This document shows, piece after piece, positions 26,448 through 36,579 of a DNA stretch of 63,069 bases (positions within the stretch are counted from its first letter, which is position 1; the number at the start of each line of letters is the position of its first letter). The notes beneath the pieces were generated by a model. It made no database searches and was not told the DNA's origin. It saw only the letters and a program-made list of their open reading frames with translations. The position numbers and the translations under genes were made by a program. Location of the stretch: sequence record SRR33789315_16; one strand, given 5' to 3'.

Positions 26448-27352
26448 AATTTTTAGTGTGGAATCTTGAAAACTTATTCTTAGTTCCCCATTTAAAGTCA
26501 TCATATAATCAGCCCATCAAGCCCCAAAAAAAAGTCGAACAAATAGTTTCAATTCTTAATGATCTTGATCCCGATGTTATGTTTTTATGTGAAATTGGTG
26601 GTGAAGATTCATTAAAAAAGCTTGAAAGCTCCTTAAGTGATAATTACTTTAGCTTTTATACTGAAGGAAATAGTGATCGCGGGATTGGTCTAGGTTTTTT
26701 AGTTCGTAAAAACTATTCTCATACTAAATTTTTTCGTCACACCGATGTCATCCTTCCCGCCATTAGCGTAGAAGATCGTAAATCCCCTCGTAAGTTTTCC
26801 AGAGATCTAGCTGAACTGTGGCTAACATCAAAAGATGCAAAGGTTCCAAAAGTTATAGTCTTTGGAGTTCACCTTAAATCTGCACAAGATAGAACAGGTG
26901 GTGACCATCGGGGTTTTAGACAACGTAGTGCAGAAGTTAGAGGGCTTGTTACAATTTTAAAGCAACGACAAATCCAGTTTCCTGACGTTCCGATTTGGAT
27001 TGTTGGAGACTTCAATGGTCTTGCGGCCGGAGATCAAGTTGATACAGAGTTTGAACATCTGTATGCACAACTTCCTCATTATCAAGATTTATTGAATCGA
27101 CTCGATATCCCCCAACAACAACGTTGGACCTTCGCAATGTCATTTCAACAAGATAAGTCTTTGCCGTCTCAGTTAGATTATTTCTTTATTCCTGCAACAA
27201 CTCCAACGCCTGAAGCGAACAACAGCGGGGTTGTCCAATTATGGCAAAGATTAGGTAATAATGCTGGTCCTGCTAAAACAGCGTTTGAAAGAGATTTGTG
27301 GCCGTCGGATCATCTTCCCTTGCTTGCGACATGGGATAAAGACCCATTTTAG
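26444..27352 (+). CDS. Endonuclease/exonuclease/phosphatase (EEP) family protein
   Basis: WNLENL, CEI, HLKS, GDFN, LDY and SDHLP motifs. Confidence 0.9.
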   Translation: MKFLVWNLENLFLVPHLKSSYNQPIKPQKKVEQIVSILNDLDPDVMFLCEIGGEDSLKKLESSLSDNYFSFYTEGNSDRGIGLGFLVRKNYSHTKFFRHTDVILPAISVEDRKSPRKFSRDLAELWLTSKDAKVPKVIVFGVHLKSAQDRTGGDHRGFRQRSAEVRGLVTILKQRQIQFPDVPIWIVGDFNGLAAGDQVDTEFEHLYAQLPHYQDLLNRLDIPQQQRWTFAMSFQQDKSLPSQLDYFFIPATTPTPEANNSGVVQLWQRLGNNAGPAKTAFERDLWPSDHLPLLATWDKDPF

Positions 27353-27460
27353 ATCAATAATAACAATGTCTTACATCCTGAAAATGTAGCCTCAATCAGG
27401 CCTCTTTGCTTGCCACGAACTCGATCTCATTGATATGGTTACCCATTACTTTAACTGGAT

Positions 27461-28816
27461 ATGTTCATGTTCAAAAAGCTCGCTCTATACACGCTGTCGC
27501 TGTGTGCACTTACTACCCAAAGCCTAATGGCTCAAAATATTGTTCAAGAAGGTCATTACCTTTTCGATGCAAATAAAAAACTTATCAAGCTTATTCAATC
27601 TCAAGCTGACCTAACAATTGATCACGTTGGAAAGCATGGCTACGAAGTTTACGGACCAAGTGGTGTCGGTATTTGGCTCAATGACCTAGCTTCTCAATTA
27701 GATATCTCTGTTGTGAATTTAGAAGACCAACATGACCATGAAGCCATGGAAAAAGCCTTCGCAAACTACCCTAGTCCAAGTGAAATTGAGCAAAAACTCT
27801 TAGAGCTTCAATCTCAATATCCAGAAATTTTTAAACTTATCTCAATTGGCAAAAGTGGAAATGGACACGAGATTTACGTTGTTAAGCTTTCTGACAATGT
27901 TGACACAGACGAGCTTGAGCCAGAATTTAAGTATATCGCTAATATGCACGGTGATGAAATTGTTGGCCGCGAAATGATGATTCTTTTACTTGAAGATCTT
28001 ACAGCAAAATATGCTGCTGGAAATACTGAAGTAAAATCACTGATCGATAATACTGAGATTTATATTCTTCCTAGTATGAATCCAGATGGTGCTGAATCAA
28101 GACGCCGCGGTAACGCTCGCTGGTCAGATCTTAATCGTAACTTTCCAGACTTCACAACTGACAACCGCAACACTCCAAGTGGTCGTCAGCTAGAAACTCA
28201 AGCTGTTATGGCTTTTCAAGCTCAAAGAAAGTTTTCACTGTCGGCGAATTTTCACGGTGGAACTGAGTGTGTGAACTACCCATGGGATACATCTGGAGAC
28301 AACTTTCCTTTACTTCAATTAGTAAAAGATCTTTCAAACGAATATGCACAAGAAGTTCCGGGAATGAAGAATTCAACTGAATTTCCTGGTGGCGTAACAA
28401 ACGGCTATGATTGGTATGAGGTTGATGGTGGCATGCAGGATTGGAGTTACCATTGGTACGGCGACTTACAAGTGACTATTGAGCTTTCTCACTCTAAGTG
28501 GCCTAACTACAATACAATCCCTCAGTATTTTCAGTGGAATAGAAACTCAATGGTTCGTTATATGACTAGGGTTCACCAAGGTGCAGGCTTTAAGTTTGAT
28601 ACAGCAAAGTCAGGTCGTGTACTTATCGAATCTGTAGGTGTGTTTAAAAAGCAAACTATCGGTGAATTTACATTTGGCGACGGCGAGTTTTATAAAATCC
28701 TTGAACCAGGTCGCTATACGTTTACAGTGACTGATTCAAACGGAAAAAAGAATACCTTCACAACAAAGGTAACGACTCAAAACGGTAGCTTTAGACCAAA
28801 TTACACTAAGCTTTAA
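27461..28816 (+). CDS. Secreted M14 zinc carboxypeptidase (CPD/CPE-like subfamily)
   Basis: PEFKYIANMHGDE, DLNRNFPD, SANFHGG, NYPWD, GGMQDWSY, TIEL. Confidence 0.92.
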   Translation: MFMFKKLALYTLSLCALTTQSLMAQNIVQEGHYLFDANKKLIKLIQSQADLTIDHVGKHGYEVYGPSGVGIWLNDLASQLDISVVNLEDQHDHEAMEKAFANYPSPSEIEQKLLELQSQYPEIFKLISIGKSGNGHEIYVVKLSDNVDTDELEPEFKYIANMHGDEIVGREMMILLLEDLTAKYAAGNTEVKSLIDNTEIYILPSMNPDGAESRRRGNARWSDLNRNFPDFTTDNRNTPSGRQLETQAVMAFQAQRKFSLSANFHGGTECVNYPWDTSGDNFPLLQLVKDLSNEYAQEVPGMKNSTEFPGGVTNGYDWYEVDGGMQDWSYHWYGDLQVTIELSHSKWPNYNTIPQYFQWNRNSMVRYMTRVHQGAGFKFDTAKSGRVLIESVGVFKKQTIGEFTFGDGEFYKILEPGRYTFTVTDSNGKKNTFTTKVTTQNGSFRPNYTKL

Positions 28817-28830
28817 TTAAAGAAGACCTG

Positions 28831-29205
28831 TTGAAACTAACACTCCTATTATCTCTTTTAATTTTCTCTAGCTCCCTATTGGCCAAGGCAAATTGGGAGC
28901 TCAGAATTCAGCAGGCAAATTTCGATATCCAATCAATTGACTTGGATGATCAGGAATATAAGGCTTACCTAGATAAGACTAGCTGGCGCTGCTGGGCCGA
29001 AAAAGCGACCCAATCAAGTAATCTCACAATCCGTGCACTCCACTGCAATTATAGTGTAGAAGCCCTTGGCTCCTTTAAAAGCTACGCTTCTTGTGGGGTA
29101 GGCAAAATCTTCGATGAAGTCTCAGTTGAACTAAAAGATGAACGTAAAAACCTAGACTTAAAAGTTATCCTCGCATGCCGCTATACTGAGGCTGAAAACC
29201 CTTAA
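28831..29205 (+). CDS. Small secreted hypothetical protein
   Basis: Signal peptide, 4 Cys. Confidence 0.7.
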   Translation: MKLTLLLSLLIFSSSLLAKANWELRIQQANFDIQSIDLDDQEYKAYLDKTSWRCWAEKATQSSNLTIRALHCNYSVEALGSFKSYASCGVGKIFDEVSVELKDERKNLDLKVILACRYTEAENP

Positions 29206-29229
29206 ATTCCAAGACTAAAACTCCGATAG
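29203..29229 (+). promoter_or_regulatory. sigma28 (FliA)-like promoter
   Basis: TAAA-N15-TCCGATAG versus TAAA-N15-GCCGATAA. Confidence 0.55.
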
Positions 29230-29285
29230 GACCTATGACGATCATGTGTTTATAAAACTCATGATATCAATCCAAGGAGTTTAGG

Positions 29286-30143
29286 ATGTCACAAAAAAAT
29301 CTTCTCATATCTTTATGCGCACTTTCTGTTGTCGCCTGTGGACACTACTCACCTCCTGAAACATTCGAATCAAAGATGGCCAGATACCAAGTTAAAAATA
29401 CTGGAACATCTGGAGTTCCTGAAATTGAGCCGATTCAATTTAAATCTTCACGAACAAGAGCTCCTGCATCAGTAACAGCAGAAAGTAAAAAAGAAGATAT
29501 CAATTTTTCAAATAGAAAATTGTATTTTATTACACTGTATAAGCAGTACCACGAACTTGCGGCGTTTTCTAAAGCACCTGTAAGAGAAATCAAACAGTGC
29601 CCAAGCTTTCACTCAGCATTAGTTGATCACTCAGAGGTTGAAAAACCAAGAGCTGACTGGAAAGTTCAATATAGCAGCACAAAAATTCAAGACGAAAACT
29701 ATATTAAATATTATCCAGAACTTTATTTATCAATGGATGATAATGCACCAACACCACGAGTGGTGGATCTCATTAGAAATGAAAGCTCCAATGCTCAGAC
29801 ACTAGTACAAACTGCTGTCGAGAAGCATGTCGATAAGACTCACGCTGAACTTGCAGAACTTTGTGAGTATGGAACAAGCGACAATTACTATGCATTTGAA
29901 AACCTTAATACTGAAATTAGAAAGAAAGATGTTGCTCCAGCTTCAACCACTGGGATGAAGGTACTACTAAAGACAACATTATTTTCCAACAAAGCTTTAA
30001 TTGAATCCTTAAAGCAAAGCTCAAGTCCTTCAAGAAGTCCTGCGTCTGCAATCAAAGAAGTAGACTTTGATAATCTGGTGATGAATCGACTTGGAGTGCC
30101 TTGGGCAAAGTCTTACTATCAATCCTTAAAACAAAGACCATAA
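29286..30143 (+). CDS. Hypothetical lipoprotein with two RxPAS motifs
   Basis: SD AAGGAG, lipobox VVAC, RAPAS and RSPAS. Confidence 0.85.
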   Translation: MSQKNLLISLCALSVVACGHYSPPETFESKMARYQVKNTGTSGVPEIEPIQFKSSRTRAPASVTAESKKEDINFSNRKLYFITLYKQYHELAAFSKAPVREIKQCPSFHSALVDHSEVEKPRADWKVQYSSTKIQDENYIKYYPELYLSMDDNAPTPRVVDLIRNESSNAQTLVQTAVEKHVDKTHAELAELCEYGTSDNYYAFENLNTEIRKKDVAPASTTGMKVLLKTTLFSNKALIESLKQSSSPSRSPASAIKEVDFDNLVMNRLGVPWAKSYYQSLKQRP

Positions 30144-30171
30144 AAAAAAGCCACCCAAAAGGTGGCTTTTT
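30142..30171. terminator. Bidirectional terminator between convergent genes
   Basis: A-run, GCCACC/GGTGGC stem, T-run. Confidence 0.8.
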
Positions 30172-30174
30172 AAA

Positions 30175-30873
30175 TTATATGTCACTTATTTGATTGATAA
30201 TTTCTGGGTATAAAACAAATAGATTTGTATTGTTTTGATGATTCTCAATTTTCTTTTCTCTGGCAATTTCGGCATCATCAACTGGATCAATTTCATTCCA
30301 CTCTCTTAGAACTTTTTCTTGGGCAGCATCTAAATTTTTACTGTATCTGACGGCAAAATAGAACATTGCTCTAGCTACGTTACCTTTATGAAAATCTGGC
30401 ACTTCAAAGCATTGAGTTCCACGGCTGTCACGTCCCATCTTACTTACATTACTTTCCCATTTTACATTTGTGACATAACAAAATGGGTAGTTTGATCTTG
30501 TTGAATTAATAGAGCTTTTAGTTGGAAAAAGATGGTGTAAATCACTTTTAGCAATTCCGACAGCACCCATTGACTGAGGCCATGTATGCTCTGTATTCAT
30601 CGCAGAATTATTAGGAATAGATCTTGTTTTAAGGCAGTAGTTAGCAGAATAAACACCACAGACTTCGCCGTCAAAGTTATCTAACTTCTCAAACATAACC
30701 TTCTTAGCTTGTTTGTAACCTAATGATCGTTGATCTTTAGATAATAAAGAGCGAAGTTGGCTTTTGAATTCTCCATCACGTAGATGTGAAATAGCATTAA
30801 ATTCTTCAGGTGTTACTCTGGCAAAGGAAGACATGGAAGCGGTTACTAGAATTAAAATCAAGAAGGATTTCAT
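30175..30873 (-). CDS. Secreted endonuclease I family nuclease
   Basis: Signal peptide; NTEHTWPQS, DLHHLFP, NSTRSNYPF, KGNVARAMFY, DPVD. Confidence 0.9.
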   Translation of the reverse strand: MKSFLILILVTASMSSFARVTPEEFNAISHLRDGEFKSQLRSLLSKDQRSLGYKQAKKVMFEKLDNFDGEVCGVYSANYCLKTRSIPNNSAMNTEHTWPQSMGAVGIAKSDLHHLFPTKSSINSTRSNYPFCYVTNVKWESNVSKMGRDSRGTQCFEVPDFHKGNVARAMFYFAVRYSKNLDAAQEKVLREWNEIDPVDDAEIAREKKIENHQNNTNLFVLYPEIINQISDI

Positions 30874-30988
30874 ACATTAACTCCGCATAAGTATTAGTAA
30901 TTCTTTCTATCCAGCAAACGCTAATATGCAAAGGGACTATTTTTAAACTAACAAAATAAAAACAAAAAAAATCAGCCTAAATAGCTGA

Positions 30989-32101
30989 TTATTGGAAAAT
31001 ATAAAGTCTATTTCTTGAGGATAGCAAAGCAAACTTATCTTTAGTTATGGCCGGGCCAGCAAAGATCCCTGAAGAAGCATGACCTAAATGATGATGCCAT
31101 TCAACCTTACCGTCCTCTGGGTTTATAAAGTACAGATGCCCTTCGACATCAGTGACAACATAGCCATTTTTCCAGTTTGTGACTGAACTCACTTGATAAT
31201 TAGACACCTTAAACTTAATAACAGTTTTTCCGGCTGAATTCAGACCAACAATCTCGCCATTATTTGTCCCAAAAATTAGAGTGTCACCAAATTTAAGAGG
31301 CTCATAACCAGAGATAAAAGGAAGAGTTCTTATCGTTCTGCCATTTTTAGGATCTAATATATGTAAATCACTTGAGCTACTACCAATCCAAAGTTGATCA
31401 TTAAAAAATGTTGGAGTCATATCAACGTCGACAAATTTATCACCGTTAGAAACCTTACGTTCCCACAGCAAAATACCCTCTTCAACATTAAAAGAGACCA
31501 CGCTTCCATCTGCAAAACCAACATAGAGTTTATTGCGATAAACAATTGGCTTAGATGCTCTTTGTAGAGTTGTTAGAAGAGGAACAGAACGCTTATAAGC
31601 CCAAAGGATTTTACCGGTAGATGCATCTAAAGCGAAAACCTGATGGTTTCGAAGTTGCACGAATAGTCTTCCACCAGAGATTGTAGGGCTAGTTTCAATT
31701 GGAGCACCTAAATCAATTGACCAAAGTAATTCACCTGAATCGGAATTTCGTGATAAAAGTCGACCTTCTGAAGTTCCATAATAAAGAATGTCATCATTGA
31801 TAGTGGCTCCAGCATGTGAAGTACCATCATCTTTGGCGTGCCAAAGTTCTCTACCATTTTCAAGTGAATACGAAGACATTTTACCTGAACCATCGGCCAT
31901 AAATAAGCGAGTGGCACTTCCATCAATGGCTGGGGCACCTAAATGAATTGGTAAATTTCCAGTTTCATAAACCGGATCTAAATTTTTAGCCCAGCTTACA
32001 ATTAAAGGAGCTCTCTCACTCTTAACACCCTCGAGCATTGAAAGATGTGAGCAAGAACTAAGTCCTAAACCCAATAAAAGTATTGGGAGAATTTTCAACA
32101 T
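30989..32101 (-). CDS. bamB: BamB-like PQQ beta-propeller lipoprotein
   Basis: Lipobox LSSC, repeated ALDxxTGKxxW blades, downstream of a yfgM-like gene. Confidence 0.78.
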   Translation of the reverse strand: MLKILPILLLGLGLSSCSHLSMLEGVKSERAPLIVSWAKNLDPVYETGNLPIHLGAPAIDGSATRLFMADGSGKMSSYSLENGRELWHAKDDGTSHAGATINDDILYYGTSEGRLLSRNSDSGELLWSIDLGAPIETSPTISGGRLFVQLRNHQVFALDASTGKILWAYKRSVPLLTTLQRASKPIVYRNKLYVGFADGSVVSFNVEEGILLWERKVSNGDKFVDVDMTPTFFNDQLWIGSSSSDLHILDPKNGRTIRTLPFISGYEPLKFGDTLIFGTNNGEIVGLNSAGKTVIKFKVSNYQVSSVTNWKNGYVVTDVEGHLYFINPEDGKVEWHHHLGHASSGIFAGPAITKDKFALLSSRNRLYIFQ

Positions 32102-32811
32102 TATTTATCCAATTGAGAAAGATATAATTTTGCTAACAATGTCATTTCAGCATCATTACCTTTATCGATGACCCACTGAAGATTAGATCTAGCTTTATCA
32201 GTTTGCCCAAGAGCTAGAGCAAGGCGTCCTAGATCAAGGTAAACTTTAGCTTCCATAAAACCAACATTGGACTTAATAAGAGTCTCAAGTGCTTCAAGAG
32301 CTTTTTCGTTATTACCAGCATTCTCGTAAGCAACAGAAAGGTTAGTTGCTAAAACAAACTGTTGAAAAGGATTTGAGGCTGCTGAAGTTAAAGAATTTAG
32401 AACAGTAACAGCTTGATCGAATTGCCCTGCTTCAATCAATTGAGCTGCAGTGTCGATACCAACTGGAAATAAGCCAGAATAGCTACCTGTAGTTTTCTCA
32501 AGCTTTTGAAAACCTGAAACTAAAGCTGCACCATCAATTTTTTTCTCAGAAAAAGATTTAAGTGATCCTTGTCCATATTCATAAATGGCAGTCTCTGCTT
32601 GGACATTTCTTTTAGAATGCATCCAATTCCAAACGCCAAAACCTACGACGCCGGCCAATACAGCAACGACAACACCAATCATAAGAACTTTATTTTTTGC
32701 GATAAAAGCTCCCATCTCAGTTTGTTCTAAAATATCATCAATTCCGCGGTTAGGAGCGGCCGTATTATCTGTCGCCATTTTTGCATTCCCTCTACTAAAA
32801 AGTAATTTCAT
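32101..32811 (-). CDS. YfgM-like membrane-anchored TPR protein
   Basis: Single TM followed by TPR-like helices; conserved position upstream of bamB. Confidence 0.75.
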   Translation of the reverse strand: MKLLFSRGNAKMATDNTAAPNRGIDDILEQTEMGAFIAKNKVLMIGVVVAVLAGVVGFGVWNWMHSKRNVQAETAIYEYGQGSLKSFSEKKIDGAALVSGFQKLEKTTGSYSGLFPVGIDTAAQLIEAGQFDQAVTVLNSLTSAASNPFQQFVLATNLSVAYENAGNNEKALEALETLIKSNVGFMEAKVYLDLGRLALALGQTDKARSNLQWVIDKGNDAEMTLLAKLYLSQLDK

Positions 32812-32889
32812 GAATTCTATGGAGAGGCCTATAAGTTGTCAAAAACAGAGAGCTTCGATAGACTAAAATAGTTAAAAATAATGAATTAA

Positions 32890-33402
32890 ATGCGGAATTT
32901 TCATATGAAACATCTAATGCTGCGCACCCTAGGTCTTGTTATTGTGTTCTTTGCTCTTGCCGCACCAGCCCATTCATTTGAGAGGCGCGGACGTCTTGGC
33001 GTAGGCTTTAGCAATCAATTGATGATTGATGTGCCGGCCGTTTCATTTAAAATTCAACGTTCAAGATCATTTGCCTTTGGTGGAATTCTTGGTGTCTCAA
33101 CCGACTCTAATGACGGTGGCGTTGGCGCTGGTTTAAAACTTTATAAGATTTTATTCGATGAGCCTCAACTCAATTTCTATAGTTCTTTTTTAGGCGCTTA
33201 TATTAAAGACAAAAATGGAGCGAGTGCTGATGTTAGTGGTTTTCAATTTGATCTAACCTTAGGCTCTGAATTTAGTTTTGTTGGACTTCAAAGTCTTGGT
33301 TTTTCAATCGACTTTGGTGTTTCGATGAATAAGCTTGATGACTTTGTTGTAGAAACCACTGCTGGTGGACTCGTTATAGCTGCTGTCCACTTTTACCTGT
33401 GA
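32890..33402 (+). CDS. Small outer-membrane beta-barrel protein
   Basis: Signal peptide, Gly/aromatic amphipathic strands, terminal HFYL. Confidence 0.7.
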   Translation: MRNFHMKHLMLRTLGLVIVFFALAAPAHSFERRGRLGVGFSNQLMIDVPAVSFKIQRSRSFAFGGILGVSTDSNDGGVGAGLKLYKILFDEPQLNFYSSFLGAYIKDKNGASADVSGFQFDLTLGSEFSFVGLQSLGFSIDFGVSMNKLDDFVVETTAGGLVIAAVHFYL

Positions 33403-33409
33403 TCATTAA

Positions 33410-34180
33410 TTGAAATATTTATTAGTTCTTTTATTACTTCTCCCCTCACTAAGCTTTGCTCAAGCGGGACTTGAATTTGGAATTGAAGATGATGATCTAC
33501 GTATTGGTGGAGATATCTTCAATGATTTCAACGAAGACTTAGAAAGTAATCAAGTTTTAGAAGATGAAAGATTTTATCGCTACGGACGTTTCTTTTCCTT
33601 CCAACTTGGTGCTGGTATCACTAGCTTTGATGGCAACCGTGGTGAGGCCTATGAGAATGATCCCCCTACTTTTGGTCTAGGATTTAATTATTTTTTAGAT
33701 TTTCAGTCTTCCTATGGGATTGGATTTGAAATTTCTAAGCATCATATTTTTCTCGATGAACCAGTTAACTTTGGTAATCCGAACAAAATAGGCTTAGTCG
33801 ATGTCACTATGCTTAGAGTTTATTTTAGTTATCGATACTATATCGATACAGCAAACTTAGGCACGGCGATCACTTACTCTAACCCATACTTTGTTGGACG
33901 ATTAGAATATTGGTACACAACAAATAAGTTTAGGGATCAATCACAACTCGATAATGATAACGGTGGTGGTCTTGGATTTGGAGCCGGCTTTGGTCTTGAA
34001 TTTCCGGTCAAGCTTCGTGAGTCCTATATCAATGTTGAGTTTCTTTTTCACTCAGTTAATTTTCATGACAAATTCACCCAAAACTATCGACCTGTCGCTA
34101 CAAACCCTTCAGGTTTTGGCTATGAAGATCTCACAGGAAACGTATGGACCACTATGGTTGCCTATGTATTTAGTTGGTAA
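33410..34180 (+). CDS. Outer-membrane beta-barrel protein
   Basis: Signal peptide, amphipathic strands, terminal YVFSW. Confidence 0.7.
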   Translation: MKYLLVLLLLLPSLSFAQAGLEFGIEDDDLRIGGDIFNDFNEDLESNQVLEDERFYRYGRFFSFQLGAGITSFDGNRGEAYENDPPTFGLGFNYFLDFQSSYGIGFEISKHHIFLDEPVNFGNPNKIGLVDVTMLRVYFSYRYYIDTANLGTAITYSNPYFVGRLEYWYTTNKFRDQSQLDNDNGGGLGFGAGFGLEFPVKLRESYINVEFLFHSVNFHDKFTQNYRPVATNPSGFGYEDLTGNVWTTMVAYVFSW

Positions 34181-36000
34181 TCTTGAAAGTATTATTTAGA
34201 AAAATTAAGTTTTTTTTTGAAAGATCTGTCCTTGAAGGATCTTGGACGCAATTATTAATCATAATCTTTGCTATCATCCTTGTTAGTATCTCAGGGGGTC
34301 TTAGTGCTTACTGGTTTACTGCGGAGTTTGAGCATTGGAACAAAGCGGTCTGGTGGGCATTTTTAAGATTAACCGACCCCGGTTATCTTGGAGACGACCA
34401 AGGCACTATTCTTAGAACCATTTCCACCATCTTAACAGTTATCGGGTACGTTTTGTTCATGGGTACACTTGTGGCCTTAATGACACAGTGGATGTGGAGA
34501 TTAGTTCGAAGCTTAGAGGAAGGAAGAACCCCTCTATCTCTTAAAGGCCATATTGTTTTTGCAGGCCTTGATCAACGAACACCTGAAATGATTAAGGAGA
34601 TGCTCCTATCAGACACACGTTTAAATCAGTTTTTACGTCGTTTTAGGCAATCAAAACTCAATGTTGTCGTCCTAACATCACGTCCTGGAATTGAAGCCGT
34701 ACAAATGCTTAAATCTGAACTCGGAAGTTTATGGAATCGCGGACAAGTCATTGTACGCCTTGGACGAGCCTCAGATCCTGAGGATCTAGAAAGAGTCGAT
34801 ATTATTAATGCCGCCGTTATGCTTATTCCTCAAGTTGAAAATACTCAAGGCGATGCAAGAGCTAGTACTATACTAGCGGCGCTTAATCACGTTCTAAAAA
34901 AATATGATCAACCTGGCCCATTAGTGGTCGCTGAATTTGATCAAATTGAATCGACTCAAATCGTTCACGCTTTTCCTAAGATAAATTGTGAACCCCTTCA
35001 AAATAAATCTATTATTACAAAAATTTTAGCTCAATCAATTAAACACGCTGGTTTAGCTAAAATTTTCATGGAACTGCTTTCACACCGTGACGGTCATGAA
35101 ATTTATATTAAAGAGTTTAAAGAAATTGTTGGGATGTCTCTTAAGGAAGCTGAGTGCTACTTTGAGAATGTCTTACCGCTTGGAATCTTAAGAAAGACAA
35201 ATCAAGGTAGCGAACTACTTTTAGAACCTGACACAATCATTAATGAAACAGATAAGCCGTTGTTCATGGCCCAAGATAGTAATTCAATTCAGGTATCTCA
35301 TCATCCCCACGAACAAAAACCAAGAATTGAACTCTCCTCTCTTAAGCTTCCTGAGGTCAGATCTAGAGATGTTTTAATTATTGGTGACCAAGAAAATGCT
35401 AAGGCAATTCAACATGAGCTTTCCAGCTATACTGACTTTCAGGCGAAAGTCGATGTGGTGCAAGACTACTCCATCGTTAATCTTAAAAATTATAACAAAA
35501 TTGTGATCCTTCCATTAAGAAGTCATAGTTTAAGGTCTGATGAAGTCGATCAACTAACGATTCATAAGTTCTTCATGCTAAGAGCGCTGCTATCTAAACT
35601 AGATCATCATCCAGATATTCTAGTCGAACTTGAGTCCCCTACTGCAGCAGAAACCTTCGCTGATGAGAACCGATGCGACGTGATCGTGCCTGCCTATATC
35701 AGCTCGCATTTGATTGCTCACGTAGGATTGAGAAGAGAGCTTAGCCAGGTGTTTGAAGAGGTTCTAGGACCTAATGGCTGCGATATGACTCTCTATCACG
35801 CCAGTGTTTATAATATAGAACTTCCAAAAACGTATACGTTCGGTGAACTCAAGTCGATCGTACGTTCTTATGGACATGTCTTAATTGGTTTTAGAATTGC
35901 CCTTGATGAAAACAGACATAAAAGAAGAGTCGATTTAGCTCCACATTCAAACAGTGAATACCAACTTACTGATAACGATAGATTGATTATTTTACATTAA
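34174..36000 (+). CDS. CASTOR/POLLUX (DMI1)-like cation channel with RCK domains
   Basis: TM-pore-TM with WWAFLRLTDPGYLGDD, followed by two Rossmann-like RCK segments (GHIV.., GHEIY). Confidence 0.75.
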   Translation: MVILKVLFRKIKFFFERSVLEGSWTQLLIIIFAIILVSISGGLSAYWFTAEFEHWNKAVWWAFLRLTDPGYLGDDQGTILRTISTILTVIGYVLFMGTLVALMTQWMWRLVRSLEEGRTPLSLKGHIVFAGLDQRTPEMIKEMLLSDTRLNQFLRRFRQSKLNVVVLTSRPGIEAVQMLKSELGSLWNRGQVIVRLGRASDPEDLERVDIINAAVMLIPQVENTQGDARASTILAALNHVLKKYDQPGPLVVAEFDQIESTQIVHAFPKINCEPLQNKSIITKILAQSIKHAGLAKIFMELLSHRDGHEIYIKEFKEIVGMSLKEAECYFENVLPLGILRKTNQGSELLLEPDTIINETDKPLFMAQDSNSIQVSHHPHEQKPRIELSSLKLPEVRSRDVLIIGDQENAKAIQHELSSYTDFQAKVDVVQDYSIVNLKNYNKIVILPLRSHSLRSDEVDQLTIHKFFMLRALLSKLDHHPDILVELESPTAAETFADENRCDVIVPAYISSHLIAHVGLRRELSQVFEEVLGPNGCDMTLYHASVYNIELPKTYTFGELKSIVRSYGHVLIGFRIALDENRHKRRVDLAPHSNSEYQLTDNDRLIILH

Positions 36001-36518
36001 TCCCATTTCTGAGGAATTTCTAATAATTGGTTTAGATCATAACCAAGCGCTTCTGCCATTTCTTCCATTTTTGCACGCTCTATTGAATCAAGCTCTGGAG
36101 TTTTTGACATAAACCAAAGATAGTTGTGCTTTGGCACACCAATCATGGTCACATCATGATTATCAGAAACATAGTGAACTAGATAATCGAACTTTAATGG
36201 CCAAAAGGGACGAACTTTCCAATGCGCCTTTGTCGTCTCATCAAAAACCCAACCTGTTTGTGGTATTTTTTTGAGCTCTCCATCAAAGCCGTCTTTGTTA
36301 AAACGAAAGTCGATATCAATTTTACCATTTTTCGTTAAACTATAGGTTTCAGTGGCGTTAAAAGCACCCTTTTCAAGAAAAGTTGGAATATGAGCTATCA
36401 CATACCACTTACCCATAAAACGATTAATATCGACGGACTCCGCCGTTTCATCGCGGTAATAAGTAGTAGAGCAAGCGCTAAAGGAAAATAAAGAACAAAG
36501 AATAATTAATTTTTTCAT
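35997..36518 (-). CDS. blc: Lipocalin family lipoprotein
   Basis: Lipobox FSAC, VDINRFMGKWYVIA, YLWFMSKTP. Confidence 0.88.
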   Translation of the reverse strand: MKKLIILCSLFSFSACSTTYYRDETAESVDINRFMGKWYVIAHIPTFLEKGAFNATETYSLTKNGKIDIDFRFNKDGFDGELKKIPQTGWVFDETTKAHWKVRPFWPLKFDYLVHYVSDNHDVTMIGVPKHNYLWFMSKTPELDSIERAKMEEMAEALGYDLNQLLEIPQKWD

Positions 36519-36546
36519 AGATCTTTATTCCTTAAATCGGGACAAA

Positions 36547-36572
36547 GGACAAGAGTCGTCAAACTCTTGTCC
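36547..36572 (-). terminator. Hairpin downstream of der (probable terminator)
   Basis: 10-bp stem GGACAAGAGT/ACTCTTGTCC with only a short T-run. Confidence 0.5.
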
Positions 36573-36579
36573 AAAGATC

